A stretch of DNA of 64,000 nt, from the NCBI GenBank assembly GCA_965240325.2, contig OZ251245.1, forward strand, positions 1,116,001-1,180,000, read 5' to 3'. This document shows, in pieces, positions 22,869 through 34,020 of this stretch. A model generated the notes under the pieces. The model had not been told where the DNA came from. It ran no database searches and saw only the letters and a list, made by a program, of their open reading frames with translations. Both the position numbers and the translations under genes were made by a program. Source of the DNA: Rebecca billardiae RCC1528. Its lineage: Eukaryota; Protista; Haptophyta. The number at the start of each line of letters is the position of its first letter. Position 1 is the first letter of the stretch.

Positions 22869-24905
22869 ATGGCCGATGCTCCCGACGAGTCGTGGGGGGA
22901 TGGCTCCCTCGACTCGGCCGAGCTCGATCGTCTCGCGTCGGCGGCGGAAGCGGCCGACGAGCTCGATGACAGCTCGTCGCCGCTCAAGTCGTCCGTCCGT
23001 TCCGCGGAGACGTACACCGAGGGCTCGCCCTCACCGGCGCTGCGCCGCATCGGCTCCCAGCCCGTGGAGGAATCGGGCGACGACGATCTGAACGACCGGG
23101 ACCGACCGTCGACGGCTGAGTCGTACGGGGCGAGCGACGCTCGGGACGACGAGCTGGATGAGGACAACGAGGTCACCCATGGCGGCCGCGCGCGCAGCGG
23201 CGGGCTGAGCAGGGGCGTGAGCTCCGCGAGCGAGCTTGGCAGCCCCTCGCGCTGGGCGTCCGCGCGCGGCGAGGACGACGGCGAGGACGACTACAGAGGG
23301 GACGAGAACGCGGAGGCGGCTGACGAAGACGAGCGCGAGGGCCGTGGTGAGGATGGCGTGCTGGAGGCTGACGGTGTGGACGGCGCAGACGAGGCCGAGC
23401 GGGTTGATCTTGCCGAGCGCGCGCGTGATGACGCGGATGAGGAGGCAGAGGAGGCGGAGGAGGTGGCGGCGGAGGAGGACGAGGAGGACGAGGAGGAGAG
23501 GATGGACGACTACGCCGATGGTTCGAGAGGGCGCGGTGGGGACGCCGCCGCCGCGGGGCTCGAGTCACAGCTCTCCGAGATGCGCGCGCTCCTCACAGCG
23601 ATGCAGGCGCAGCAGCGCAAGCTGGCGGCACAGATGCGCCAGGCGCAAAGGGAGGCTCGCGACGCGCAGCAGGAGGCCGCCGGGGCGCGCGCCCTCGCGA
23701 GCAGGCTCGAGCGCGAGCGCGGCGCGGCAGCCGACGACGAGCGTCGCGCGTGCGAGAGCGCGTCGTTGCCCGAACGGGGAAGCCCGCCTGGCGCACGCGA
23801 GCCCTCAGTGCCGCGCACGCCCGACGGACAGCTGCGGGCCTCGGGCGCGCGCAGCGATGGCTCTGCCAGCCCGCCGCCGCCACCGGCCGTGGGAGGCGCA
23901 GCGGAGGGTGAGCCGCCGAGCGCGGCGGCGGATGCCCTGCCGGGCGCAGCGGACGGCGGCATGCGCGAGACGGACGCTGCCCCAGCGGACGCCGCCTCGG
24001 AGCAACCTCGATCTCAGCAGCCCACCCTGAGCCCGCGAGCTCGCGCACCGGCGCCGGCCGCGACAACGGACGCCCTAGAGGGGGCCGAAGGCGCGAGGCA
24101 GGGCGCGGCGGCAGGCAGCCCGCCAAGGGCGACGCGCCCGCCCTGGCGCGCCTCCATCCTCGACGAATGGCGCTCTTACATCGACGCCGACACCCCCTCT
24201 CACGCGCGCGCCGCGCCGCCGAGGCCGCCGCTTGTCGCCCTCGCTGTCCTCGAGGCGGGCGGCCAATCGAGCGAGGCGCGCGGGCGCGCTGACGAGCAGT
24301 GGGGGGCACGGGGCGGCGTGGACCGCGCGTCGTGGGCCGAGCTCGAGGGCACGCCGCTCGGTGGTGTCGGGGCGCAGAGGCCGTTGCCTTCGGCGCACGT
24401 TTTCGGCGGCCATGCCACGCCAACGGCCCCTCCGCCGGCCTGGCAGCACACGCGCCCCGCCGCCGCGTGGGGTGCGGCCGCGGGCCCTGCGGGGCCGCGC
24501 TCCGCCCGGCTGCTGGACGAGTGGGTGGCATATCTCGAGACGGACGACTGCGCGCAGGCGAGTAAGCTGGCGCCGGTGATGCCGACGCTCGTGCAACGGG
24601 CCGTGCGCAGCGCGTCCGCTGCGCATCGCCCACACGGCATCCACGTGCCTTACGCCTGCCCGTCCACCGGATTATTGCCTACCCACGACTCCGGACGGTA
24701 CGCCACACCCGCGGGCGCGGCACCCGGTGGGTTTGACTTTGGCTGCACTGGGGCGCAGCATATGCCGGTCAGCGTCGGGCAGTGGAGCTACCCGTGCAGC
24801 TGGACGCAGCCCTGCGGCGGCGGCTCAACATCGGCGAGCGCCGTGAGGCCTGCGGCGCCGCCAGGCCCAGGGCCAGGCTGCACGCAGGCCGACTTCGTTA
24901 GTTAG
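22869..24905 (+). CDS. Hypothetical acidic, disordered protein with a short coiled coil
   Basis: 678-aa ORF with an Asp/Glu-rich N-terminus and LESQLSEMRALL...QREARD coiled coil; the 3' end is uncertain. Confidence 0.65.
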   Translation: MADAPDESWGDGSLDSAELDRLASAAEAADELDDSSSPLKSSVRSAETYTEGSPSPALRRIGSQPVEESGDDDLNDRDRPSTAESYGASDARDDELDEDNEVTHGGRARSGGLSRGVSSASELGSPSRWASARGEDDGEDDYRGDENAEAADEDEREGRGEDGVLEADGVDGADEAERVDLAERARDDADEEAEEAEEVAAEEDEEDEEERMDDYADGSRGRGGDAAAAGLESQLSEMRALLTAMQAQQRKLAAQMRQAQREARDAQQEAAGARALASRLERERGAAADDERRACESASLPERGSPPGAREPSVPRTPDGQLRASGARSDGSASPPPPPAVGGAAEGEPPSAAADALPGAADGGMRETDAAPADAASEQPRSQQPTLSPRARAPAPAATTDALEGAEGARQGAAAGSPPRATRPPWRASILDEWRSYIDADTPSHARAAPPRPPLVALAVLEAGGQSSEARGRADEQWGARGGVDRASWAELEGTPLGGVGAQRPLPSAHVFGGHATPTAPPPAWQHTRPAAAWGAAAGPAGPRSARLLDEWVAYLETDDCAQASKLAPVMPTLVQRAVRSASAAHRPHGIHVPYACPSTGLLPTHDSGRYATPAGAAPGGFDFGCTGAQHMPVSVGQWSYPCSWTQPCGGGSTSASAVRPAAPPGPGPGCTQADFVS

Positions 24906-26376
24906 TTTGCAGCTCCGAGCCTGGAGCTGACGCCGCGGTAGCAGTGACGGGGCAGCAGATGTGTTCCCGGGATGGGCGGCAGCGCCGCCGGCATCGAATT
25001 ATTCGGATGTCGCCATCACGGACTCGATGACTCTGCGCCAGACTTCTGCCCGGCCCGATTACTCATGTCTCACTCATCACTACTCTGTACTCAGTGACTC
25101 AGTTACTCACTACGTCTACTGACTACTACTAGACAGCTGGTAAGCCTGGTAACAGGACCGCCCGTACGGCCGTACGTTCAGTGAGTATACTGTATAGGCA
25201 GTACTAGTCGTGACTGCTAAGTTAGTGGCCAGGTCTGAGACTGTCAATGTAGACCTACTCCAGGACTCAGCACAGATGACGGTCACACTCGGCCAGTGCC
25301 ACCGGGACGAGTGGATGGACGAGGCTCGGCCCGCGGCCCGGATCCTCGACAATCTGCTGTCGCCTGTCGGTCTTCTGGGCCGCGCGGAGTGCGTGCGACC
25401 GCGAAACAAGCGCCCGCTACTGGTGCGCAACGGACGCAACGAGCACAGCCCTCGGTCCGGGCGGTTAACCGAGGCTCATTCCAAGCCCTCCGCGTCAGCA
25501 CGCCCCCGTATTGCTGCCTCTCCGGGGCGCACGCGCCACACGTGCGCACTGTGACTGACCGCCGCCCGCGTGTGCGAGACGTATTTGCAATGCGCCGAGC
25601 GGCACGTACGTGGTCAAACGATTGGCAGGGGGCGTGACCGCATCATCTCGCGTGCACGTCGCGCTCAGGCGTCTGCTAACACCCCACGCGCTGTGTCCAG
25701 CGTCGCAGCTCGCGCATTGCGTTGCGATCGGCCGACAGGCCGCCGACAACGGCGCGGGCTTGGCAGATTCAGCTCACAGCGGCGAGCTGCGGGCGAGAGA
25801 AGCAATCAGAGCGTGGCGCGAGGCCACAAGCGCGTGGCGTTCATACCCTGCGCCAGACGCGCCTCCCACCGACGGGCATGGAGGCCACAGCCCGCCGGGT
25901 GCAAGCCCCTTTCACGGGCTGCCAGCGTGGCGAGGTCCGATCGAGGAGCCGCCGCGCCGTCCAGACGCGCACGACTCGCGAGCTACACAGCTCACGTGAG
26001 AGCGCATATGAGTGGAGCATGGCGATGGGTCCACCCGAGTGCGCACGCCGATGTCCCCGGCGTGCGCAGCCTCTGCGATGGCAGCAGTCGGCAGGCGGGT
26101 CCGTCATTCTATTCGGGGGCCGCGGGCGTCAGTGGCGGCTGGGGCGGCGCGTCCTGGCGCACGAATGGATTATGGAGGCGCAGCGCGCTGAGTAAGCTGA
26201 TGACCGCTACAGTACGCATAGTCACTGCAATGAGTACAGCATCCCAAGATGGCAAGCCGTCCACCGGGGCTCCTCTGGGCGGGGAGGCGCACGCCCGTCG
26301 GTGGGGTTAGCGAATCAGTGGTGCCAGCAGGTGAGCAGCCATCGCCCTGAACCCCGCCTCAAGCTTGCAAGCGGTA

Positions 26377-26970
26377 CAGGTGGATACGGGCTAACTGGAC
26401 ACAGGGGCTATCTGGACACTCAGCGGGCGGCGGGCCTCGTGGCGAGGGCTCGTGGGCGAACGAGCACGAGCGCCCACTGGCGGGTCGCCACGACGGCGCA
26501 CGATGTTCGCTGAACTCACCTGGTCGTGAGACGTCGTCTGCGCACGCGCCAGGTCGCGCTTCTCGCCGCCTTCGCCTTGTTTCGTGAGTCCCGCGCACAA
26601 GGGCGAACGCCAGCGTTTCAAGCCGCAAGGCGCGTGCGCGGACTCAGGAAGGGCGGACTCCGAGGCAAGGCGCGGTTGCGCTGGCGTGGGTAGGTCCCAG
26701 AGCAACCGTCCGAGCCGCTGCACACGCTTTTCCTCCGCGCGCGCGTCTCTGAGCTCGATTCCCATGCCTCAGCCAGTGCCAGGGGCTAATTGGACAGTGC
26801 CATTGCGGCCGCCACGCGCGGAGACGGGCCCGCAGCGCAGAAAGCGCGCTGCGGCGGAACTCCAGGGACCCCCTGAAGTCCGTCCCTGGCGCCCCTTCGA
26901 CCCCAATGCTCCCAGGGAGGCCTCCGCGTGAGTTGGGTCGGCCACTGTCCAGATCACCCGTATCCACCTG
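26377..26970. mobile_element. Non-autonomous Tc1/mariner(pogo)-type MITE, 594 bp
   Basis: 25-bp TIRs CAGGTGGATACGGGCTAACTGGACA (26377-26401) and TGTCCAGATCACCCGTATCCACCTG (26946-26970), 22/25 match, flanked by TA on both sides. Internal copies of the GGGCTAxxTGGACA motif near 26404 and 26782. Confidence 0.85.
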
Positions 26971-27187
26971 TAACGGTAAACAAGCGGGCGGATTTTGATT
27001 ACCCCTTGCCCGCGCGCGGGGCGCTCAAGCCGCTCACTCATCTCAGTCATCTTATCATAGTAGTAAACGAAGCGAAATGAGCCCGGGTCGCACAGCACTA
27101 CAATTATTATCAGCGTATCGCGCGCGGCAAGCGAGATTGATTGCTTGGGAGTTGGGTGCCGCTTGGGACACGGACGCGGGCGGAGCC

Positions 27188-28312
27188 ATGCTCTCCGACA
27201 TGCTCGCCGGCATGGGCGGCGGGGACGACGAGGACGGCGGTGGCGAGACAACGCCATTCTCGGGGACCGAGTCGGCGATGGACGAGGTGATGCAGTCGGC
27301 CACCGCCGACTACGTTATCTTCTGGCAATGGAGCCACGACGACAGTGTGCTCAGGTTCGAGCACTACATGGCTATCGACGGCAGCCTGATGGAGGGCTCC
27401 AAGGCGTTCAAGTTCAAGGCCGAGGAGGGCGCGGTGGGGAACGTGTGGGCGTCGGGAAAGCCCTTCTTCGTCGCCGACGCCATCAAGCTCGACACCAAAG
27501 TCTTCTGGCGCCAGAAGCTCGCGTCGTACTACCAGGTCAGATCAGTCGCGATGGTCAAATATCCGAACGGCGTGCTCGAGTTCGGCTCGCGCAAGCAGTG
27601 GGACGAGGCCCCGCCGCACGCGGGGGGCAAGGCGAAGCGTGACGCTGAGGCGGCGAAGTTCCCGGAATTCCAGGCGAACCAGATGAAGCTCAATCGCGTG
27701 ATGGACCAGACGCGGGCAGAGTACGGTGCGACCGCTTGCTTGCGCCGCGCCGCGCGCCGCCGCCGCGGACTCGTGGGGTGCGCGCAGCTCATCTCCGCGC
27801 GCACTGGCTCCCCGCGCGACGTGCCTGCCACAGCGATGTTCTGGCGGCACTTCAGTGCGGTCGACGAGCTCAAGTGCCTGGTGTACCACTCGGTCGACGG
27901 CAAGCTGATGCACAAGTCGATCACGTTCACGTACACGCCGGGCGTGGGCGTGATCGGCCGGGCGTGGGTGAGCAAGAAGCGCTCGTTTGTGATGGACGCG
28001 CAGGCGCTCGACGGCAGGAAGTTCCCGCGCAAGCACCTGGCCAAGCTTTACGGCATCCGCTCCATCGCCTTCGTGCCGTTCGCGAATGGCATCCTCGAGC
28101 TAGGCACGCGCGAGACGTGGCAGACGGCCCCCGACTACAGTGCCAAGTCGGAGATGCCGGGCGGCAACAAGCCGCGCCGCGGTGGCGGCGGCGGTGGCGG
28201 CCGCAGGCCTCCGCCACAAGCGCATCATCCCGGCGGCCCTGGGACACAGATGGGCGGCGGATTCAACGGCATCGTTGACGCATCATCCGACTCGAGCTCT
28301 GACGAGAGCTGA
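27188..28312 (+). CDS. Tandem GAF-like domain protein (bHLH-MYC_N / NLP-GAF-like repeats), no output domain
   Basis: Two ~105-aa repeats: DYVIFW...GAVGNVWASGKPFF...RSVAMVKYPNGVLEFGS and EYAMFW...GVIGRAWVSKKRSF...RSIAFVPFANGILELGT. Removing intron 27726-27833 aligns repeat 2 with repeat 1. Confidence 0.8.
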   Translation: MLSDMLAGMGGGDDEDGGGETTPFSGTESAMDEVMQSATADYVIFWQWSHDDSVLRFEHYMAIDGSLMEGSKAFKFKAEEGAVGNVWASGKPFFVADAIKLDTKVFWRQKLASYYQVRSVAMVKYPNGVLEFGSRKQWDEAPPHAGGKAKRDAEAAKFPEFQANQMKLNRVMDQTRAEYGATACLRRAARRRRGLVGCAQLISARTGSPRDVPATAMFWRHFSAVDELKCLVYHSVDGKLMHKSITFTYTPGVGVIGRAWVSKKRSFVMDAQALDGRKFPRKHLAKLYGIRSIAFVPFANGILELGTRETWQTAPDYSAKSEMPGGNKPRRGGGGGGGRRPPPQAHHPGGPGTQMGGGFNGIVDASSDSSSDES

Positions 28313-29241
28313 TTGGCGGGCGCCGCTAATGACCCGTGTCGAGACAGACATTAATGGTGAGCCCGGCCTGGACCCGAGTCAGCTGCCACGGTGACGGGGA
28401 GTGCCGCACCTGAATGAAACAGATACTACTCACTCGGCGGAATAAAGATCGAATACTGATGCTGATGCTGATGTTAGGGGGGCCAAAGGACAAAGTGGCA
28501 CTGTAGCGACTAGCGTTACTGACGGCCACCGGAGCGCGGGTCCTAGCGTAAGCGAGTGTACAAGTGCAACTACAGTGCGCGCCGCGCGGCAAGTGGATGC
28601 AGGCTGTACTGCGGCACTGCGTCCGCGGTCATCGCCTCTTCACTTGTCGACTGCTGCTGCGGCGGGCCGGGGGCACCCGGCACGCGCGGTGTAGCGCGCT
28701 AAACGGAAGGTGATGGTAGACGCGCTGTCACTCAGTCTCACGCTCCCGCCGCCGCCGCCGCCGCCGGCAGGGGCCATCGTCATCACTCTAGGCCGCCGAA
28801 AGTGTAGTCGTTTTTTCGTCGGCGCTCACACGGCTTGCTGAAAGCCGGTCGACGGCTATAAGTATAACTCGCGGTCTGCGCATTGCGCTGACGGCTGAGT
28901 GAATGGCAAGTGTGCTCGGTGTCGCGGTCATTGGCCCGGTAGGCCACGGAGTGGCCCATTCCTTTTCGAGGCACAGTACGGTTCCGCCCGGGCCGCCCGG
29001 GACCGCCTGGGTCGGGCCGCGCGTACCCGCCACCGTCCGGCGCCCGGTCAGGCGAGTGGCTCAGCAGCTGGCTAGGCCGTCTAGGCCTAGGGCTGGCCGT
29101 CAGGCGACGCGCGGCCCGGGCGCCCCGGTCACTCACTGGCCACCCGGTAGTTATGACACTGCGCGGATTACCTCAAAGATGTGCGGGTGCCGTTTCTGGA
29201 CGCTTCTAGCCTTGATCTCCTGAACATTTGTAGGGGAGATG

Positions 29242-29267
29242 AGTTTAGTCAGTCGACTGACTAAACT
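29242..29267. repeat. Perfect 26-bp palindrome
   Basis: AGTTTAGTCAGTC-GACTGACTAAACT, followed by a T-tract. Confidence 0.85.
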
Positions 29268-30349
29268 TTTTCTTTAATCAAGGCTCCTCACGACTAGGCG
29301 CCGTCTTGCACGAAATCCCTATCCTCTCGTCTGGCGGTCTTGCATCAAATCCTGGACTCGCGAGGGCAAGGGGTGGGCCCTCTACCTACGGCCGCCAAAC
29401 CGGTAATACGCGTTCTGAGCCCGGTCTGGTTGCGGGCGGCCCGGGGCCGCCGCGCCCCGGCTGCCGGGGCGGCGACTCGGGGAGGCGAGCGTTGGCGCGC
29501 GCCCGCCGTGGCCGCGGCGGCAGCGGGGTCGTTGGGCCATCCCAGGGGTATCCGAGCCTCTCGACAAGGGGCCGTGGCTGCGCCTCGCGTGGGCTGTACT
29601 GCACGCGGGCAGCCGACACGAATGCGATGCGCCATCCAAGCGCGAGCCCGAGAGCTTTCGCGACACGGGTGCTGCGCGAGCACGTCTGAAGGAGCGGGCA
29701 AGGTCTCGAGAGGAAGCAGGGAGACCACAGAAGTGCTAGCTCGCAACGACAGTCAGGGAGCGCGAGCCGCCCCGCTGCGCTGCCTGAGCCGGTCGCCCCA
29801 CGGGCACGGCCACGGGCCACGCGTGGCGGGCAAACGTGACTGCCGCGCGGCAAGGCTTGGTGAGTGTGTACATGCTTCAAGTGGCTGGTCGCTGGTAGAG
29901 CTGCTGCATCCCAATCGCGAGCAGCCAGTAACAGCGACTCGGCCGCGCCGCCGCGGCCGTGCTCCGCAGTTCTGGTGCCCGCTCGGAACTGACGGTCACG
30001 GTTGCGCACCCGCGGGCGGCGAGACCAGTCAGTGGGCCGGCTCTGCCGCCGTCCCTGAGCGTGACCCGCAGTGGCGTCGCCGGGCTTGCAGGGGGGTCTA
30101 AGCCGGCCGCCCGCCCGAACCGGAGCCTGGCACGACCGTATCCGGCCCGCGCCGCCGCGCGCTGCCACAGTGGCCGGTGGCGGTGGCACGCGTCGGGCCC
30201 GCGCAGCCCGCGCGGCCCGCGCCGCCGCGCGGCCCGCGAGCACGGGCCTCATCCGACGAATAATAAGACTGACGAGTATCACGAACGAATATGGCGCCAA
30301 TGCGGGATAGTGCGACTGGAGTGCTGAGCCGTGACTGACTACGTCATGC

Positions 30350-33300
30350 CTACCAGCCGTACGTACATCCCCGCCCACTATTCGGATGGTAGCCCGCGGT
30401 CGGCGGCGGCGGGCCGCCGATGATTGTCCCGCCGGTCGCTGTGACATCCTTCCACTTACGCCAGGTGAAGCGCAGGCCGATGACCGACTGGAAGTCGGTG
30501 AACAGGACGAGCTGGTGCGGGCTCTCGGCGAGCGTCGTGGCGGGAGAGAAGATCTCGGCGTAGTTGTCCGACGCGTTGCCGTTCAGCGGAGCGATCGAGA
30601 AGAAGGGCCAGCCGGGGGCGAGCGGCAAGCTCGCGTGAGATGCGAGCTCGAGCTCGTACCGGCCGCGCAGCCAGCGGCCCAGGCGGTCCTCGGCGAAGAG
30701 GTCGATGACGGCAGCATCGTACGCGGTGGCATCGACCTGGACCGATGCGCGCTCGGCTGCGTGCAAGCCTCGGCAGTGCGCGACGACGCGCGTGAGCAGC
30801 CGATCGAAGATCGCCGCCTGCTGCTGCTGGCGGACGCGAATGTGCATCGGCTCCCGCCACAGGAACTCACGGTACCGCGCGACGAGGTTGTGCACAGCCT
30901 CCGCCGGCGGGCGGTACAGCTTCGCGCCGTGCTCGATGGCGACGATGGTGACGTGGCGATACACCTTACTGCCGGCGAGGCAGCCCGCGACACGGCGCTC
31001 GGACTCGACGCACGCCGCATTGCCGCAACCAGATCGGCGTCCGCGGCGATGCCAATCTCATCGCGCCCTGCGCGGCGCGCGCGGGCACGCGCGCAGGACG
31101 CGCGTCAACACGGGCGGCGGGGGGGAGCGGGCACGGCGCGCGCGCAGCGGGATCCGATCGTACCGAGATCGAGCACGTGCTCGTCCGCCTCCCCGAGCAA
31201 GCACGGCCGCAGCGGGTAGCCGCGCTGCTGCCCGTCCTCCGCAGCCCCTGTCGTCGTCGGCAGCACGATGCCGCCGTCCGGCTGCTTCCAGGCCTTCAGG
31301 CCGACACCGAACTCGAATGGCATGCGGGCGGTCGGGAGCTGCGCGATGACCTCCTCGGGTGGCTCGGTCAGATTCATGTTCGCCACATGCAGCACGTTGC
31401 GCTTGGCCTTGAACGGCTGCGGCTCGGACTCGCCCTGCCTGGCATCACAGACGACGGGGCGGACGACGACACGCGGTGTTGGCGCGCCGCGGGTATGCGC
31501 GCGCAGGGAGGGATCGCGGGCGGGGCGGCGCACCTCGGGCGCTTGAACGCGGTCCATGCATTCACGAAGAAGTCCAGTGCGCCCCCGCGCGCGAGGAACT
31601 CCGCAAGGTTCTTCCACACCATCACCTTGCCATGCACCGTCTCGACCTCGATCTCCTCCTCCTTCCAGTTGCCGACGTGCTCGTAGACCTCCGCAGGGTG
31701 GTAGTCTGCGGTGCGCGTCTTGCCAGGCAAGTCCTCCACGAAGTAGAACCACTTTACCATGAGGGTCACTGACCCCGCGACGACTTCTTGACGACGCGGC
31801 GCACCTGCGCGAGCCCGGCGCGCTCCGAAGGCCTGCCGTTCTTCTGCAGCCACTGCACGACGACATGGTCTCCGATTCCGATATTGATGCCGCGCCAGAT
31901 GACGCCGACATTCCGCAATCGTCCTCCCCGCGTGGCGGCGGTGACGAGCTCCGGCGCGGTGGCCGGCGGGAGCTCCCCGCTCCGTCCATGACTTCGACAA
32001 ACCGCGAGGGGCCGTTCGACCGGCGCTCAGCCGGAACGGAGCGACTCAACCAGGCTCGGCGGTTGCTCAAAAACCTATTCATGCCCTCCACCGCCCCTGG
32101 TGCAGGCCGGGCGTTGATTGGCTGTCGGTTGCTATTGCAGTTTTAAGAAAATCTCGTGGAACGTGGCCGGAAAAGGCACCCGCACATCTTTGAGGTGGGT
32201 GCGCTCCGCTGCCAGCGCCTTGCGTACCTTACGGCGCCGAAAACGGATCCGGCGCTCAGCGTTGCGCAGCGCGCGTGTGTCCTGGTCGCACGCCTCGCAC
32301 ACGAGCAGCAGCGCCAGCGCCATCTGCGCGTCCTCGTCGACCTCGGCCGAGTGCAGCGTCACGGGCGCGCCGCCCGCGCGTGCCGCCATCTCCTCGCGCT
32401 GCAGCTGCTCTGCGATGGCGCGGTCGCTGCGCAGCTGCTCGGCCAGCGGGTCGGGCGCGGCGGAGCGCTGCTCGCGCAGGCGGAGCGCGGCGGCGGACGT
32501 ACTCCTCCAGCGCGGCCTACTCGTCGTTCAGCGGCGCGCCGGGCCGGCAGCGCGCCCGTGATCGCCGACCGTCCGACCGAGAGCCGCGCGCGGCCATGTG
32601 TGCGCGCAGCTCCGCCGTCTCCTCCTACGAGAGCATGCCTGCGCGGCGGCGGCGGCGGCGCGGCCGGGGTAGTGCATGCGCGAGGTGCGTCAACAGTCAG
32701 CGCCGTACGGCTGGTCGGCGCGCCACGTGCCCGTCGCGCGCGCACGCGCGCGCGCGCGCCGCGCACAGAGCTGAGAGCAGCGACGCCGGCAGCTGCAGGT
32801 TGTGAGGGGCCGCCACGCTCATCGTCGCGACGCGGAAGACGATCTTGAGCACGTGGGAGAACGGGCCCGACGCGTCCTTGCGCTGCACGAAGATCAGCTT
32901 CATCGGTGGCACCACCGCCGCCATCAGCTGGCCCCTCACGTGCACCAGCTTGGCCAGGCGCGGCGAGCGACCACCTCCAGCGGCCAGGCGGAGTTGACCG
33001 GCCTTGGCGACAGGGTCCACGCGCCACACCGTCTTGGTGCGCGAGTCCCACGCGCCCGGAAGCGACGCCTGCGTGGTCTGCGCGTCGGGCAGGTCGAGAA
33101 GATGCGCCTCACCATGATCAGGCTCAGCGCCTCGATCACCACCTGCTTCGCCGTGTCGATCATCTTGGCACGCCTTGCTCGCACACGGTCGCGTGTCTCA
33201 TGCCCACCACCTTGGTTAGCACGTGGCAGCGGCGGTCCTGGATGCGCTGATGCACCTGGCCCGAGAGCAGCGGGTTGTTGCAGCTCGGGCAGAACGCCCG

Positions 33301-33602
33301 CACCGCCATCTGCGGCGCCAGCACCTGCTCCTTCGCGTCGCGCAGTGTCGAAGTCGTCACGCGGCCTGCGGTCCGCGCGTGCACGCGGTAGAGTTTCGCC
33401 CGGTGTCGTTTCAGAACGGCCCGATGTCGTGCGTCCCCAAGCGCATCAACGCGTTCCGCATGCCGAGCCGGTTCGCGTGCGCGTCCGCGCGCGCCCGCGC
33501 CGCGTCGCCGGCGTTTGACTGCGGGTCGAGAGGTCCACTGGTCATCGACTCATCGCGGGGAGCGATCGCCGGAGCCACCGCCCAGTCCGGAGTCCGGATC
33601 AC
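30350..33602 (-). pseudogene. Frameshifted multi-exon gene containing a BAH domain, possibly transposon-borne
   Basis: BAH-like sequence IWRGINIGIGDHVVVQ...AQVRRVVKK /frameshift ~31775/ VTLMVKWFYFVEDLP...EVYEH...EEEIEVETVHGKVMVW...DFF. Spliceable intron 31438-31533. Further frame switches near 33410, 33165 and 33100; a CPSC motif near 33285. Confidence 0.6.
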
Positions 33603-34020
33603 TGTTGTCTGTCTGGTGCGACTGGGCGGAGTCCGGCCCCGGGCATTACCACAATGGCGCAGATTCGTTTACTGACAATGTGACGGCCGTCCAACGACAT
33701 ACGCGGAATGACCCGGGCGCGGCCTTTTAAGCTTGGGATGGACAGCATTGTACCGTACCCCTCAAACAATCGAAAACTCACCCTCCAACAACCCTAAAAA
33801 TCGTCCCCCGTCCCCTTTTCTTTGCTGATCAAAAGATCTTTTTGACAACGTAGTGAGGGCCCCCGGTGGGGCTCCACGCTACGCGCTCCGCCCTGCACCG
33901 CGGGCCATGATGACTCTGACGCCCGTGCCCGTTGCATACCACGTCGTTAATATATCAGATGGTACTAAATAATCAATAATATATCGTCGCGGCGACAGCG
34001 CGCGAGTTCTCGTCGTCACG

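Noticed and set aside
25060-25270. ACT/AGT/TCAG-rich tracts (also near 8500-8800 and 45090-45170)
   Set aside because: No consistent period or consensus; they look like slippage-derived 3'-flank sequence.
9217-28312. Idea that the kinase-like, NTase-EamA and GAF genes form one osmolyte or nitrogen gene cluster
   Set aside because: The genes are interspersed with unrelated loci and transposons; proximity alone gives no support in a eukaryote.
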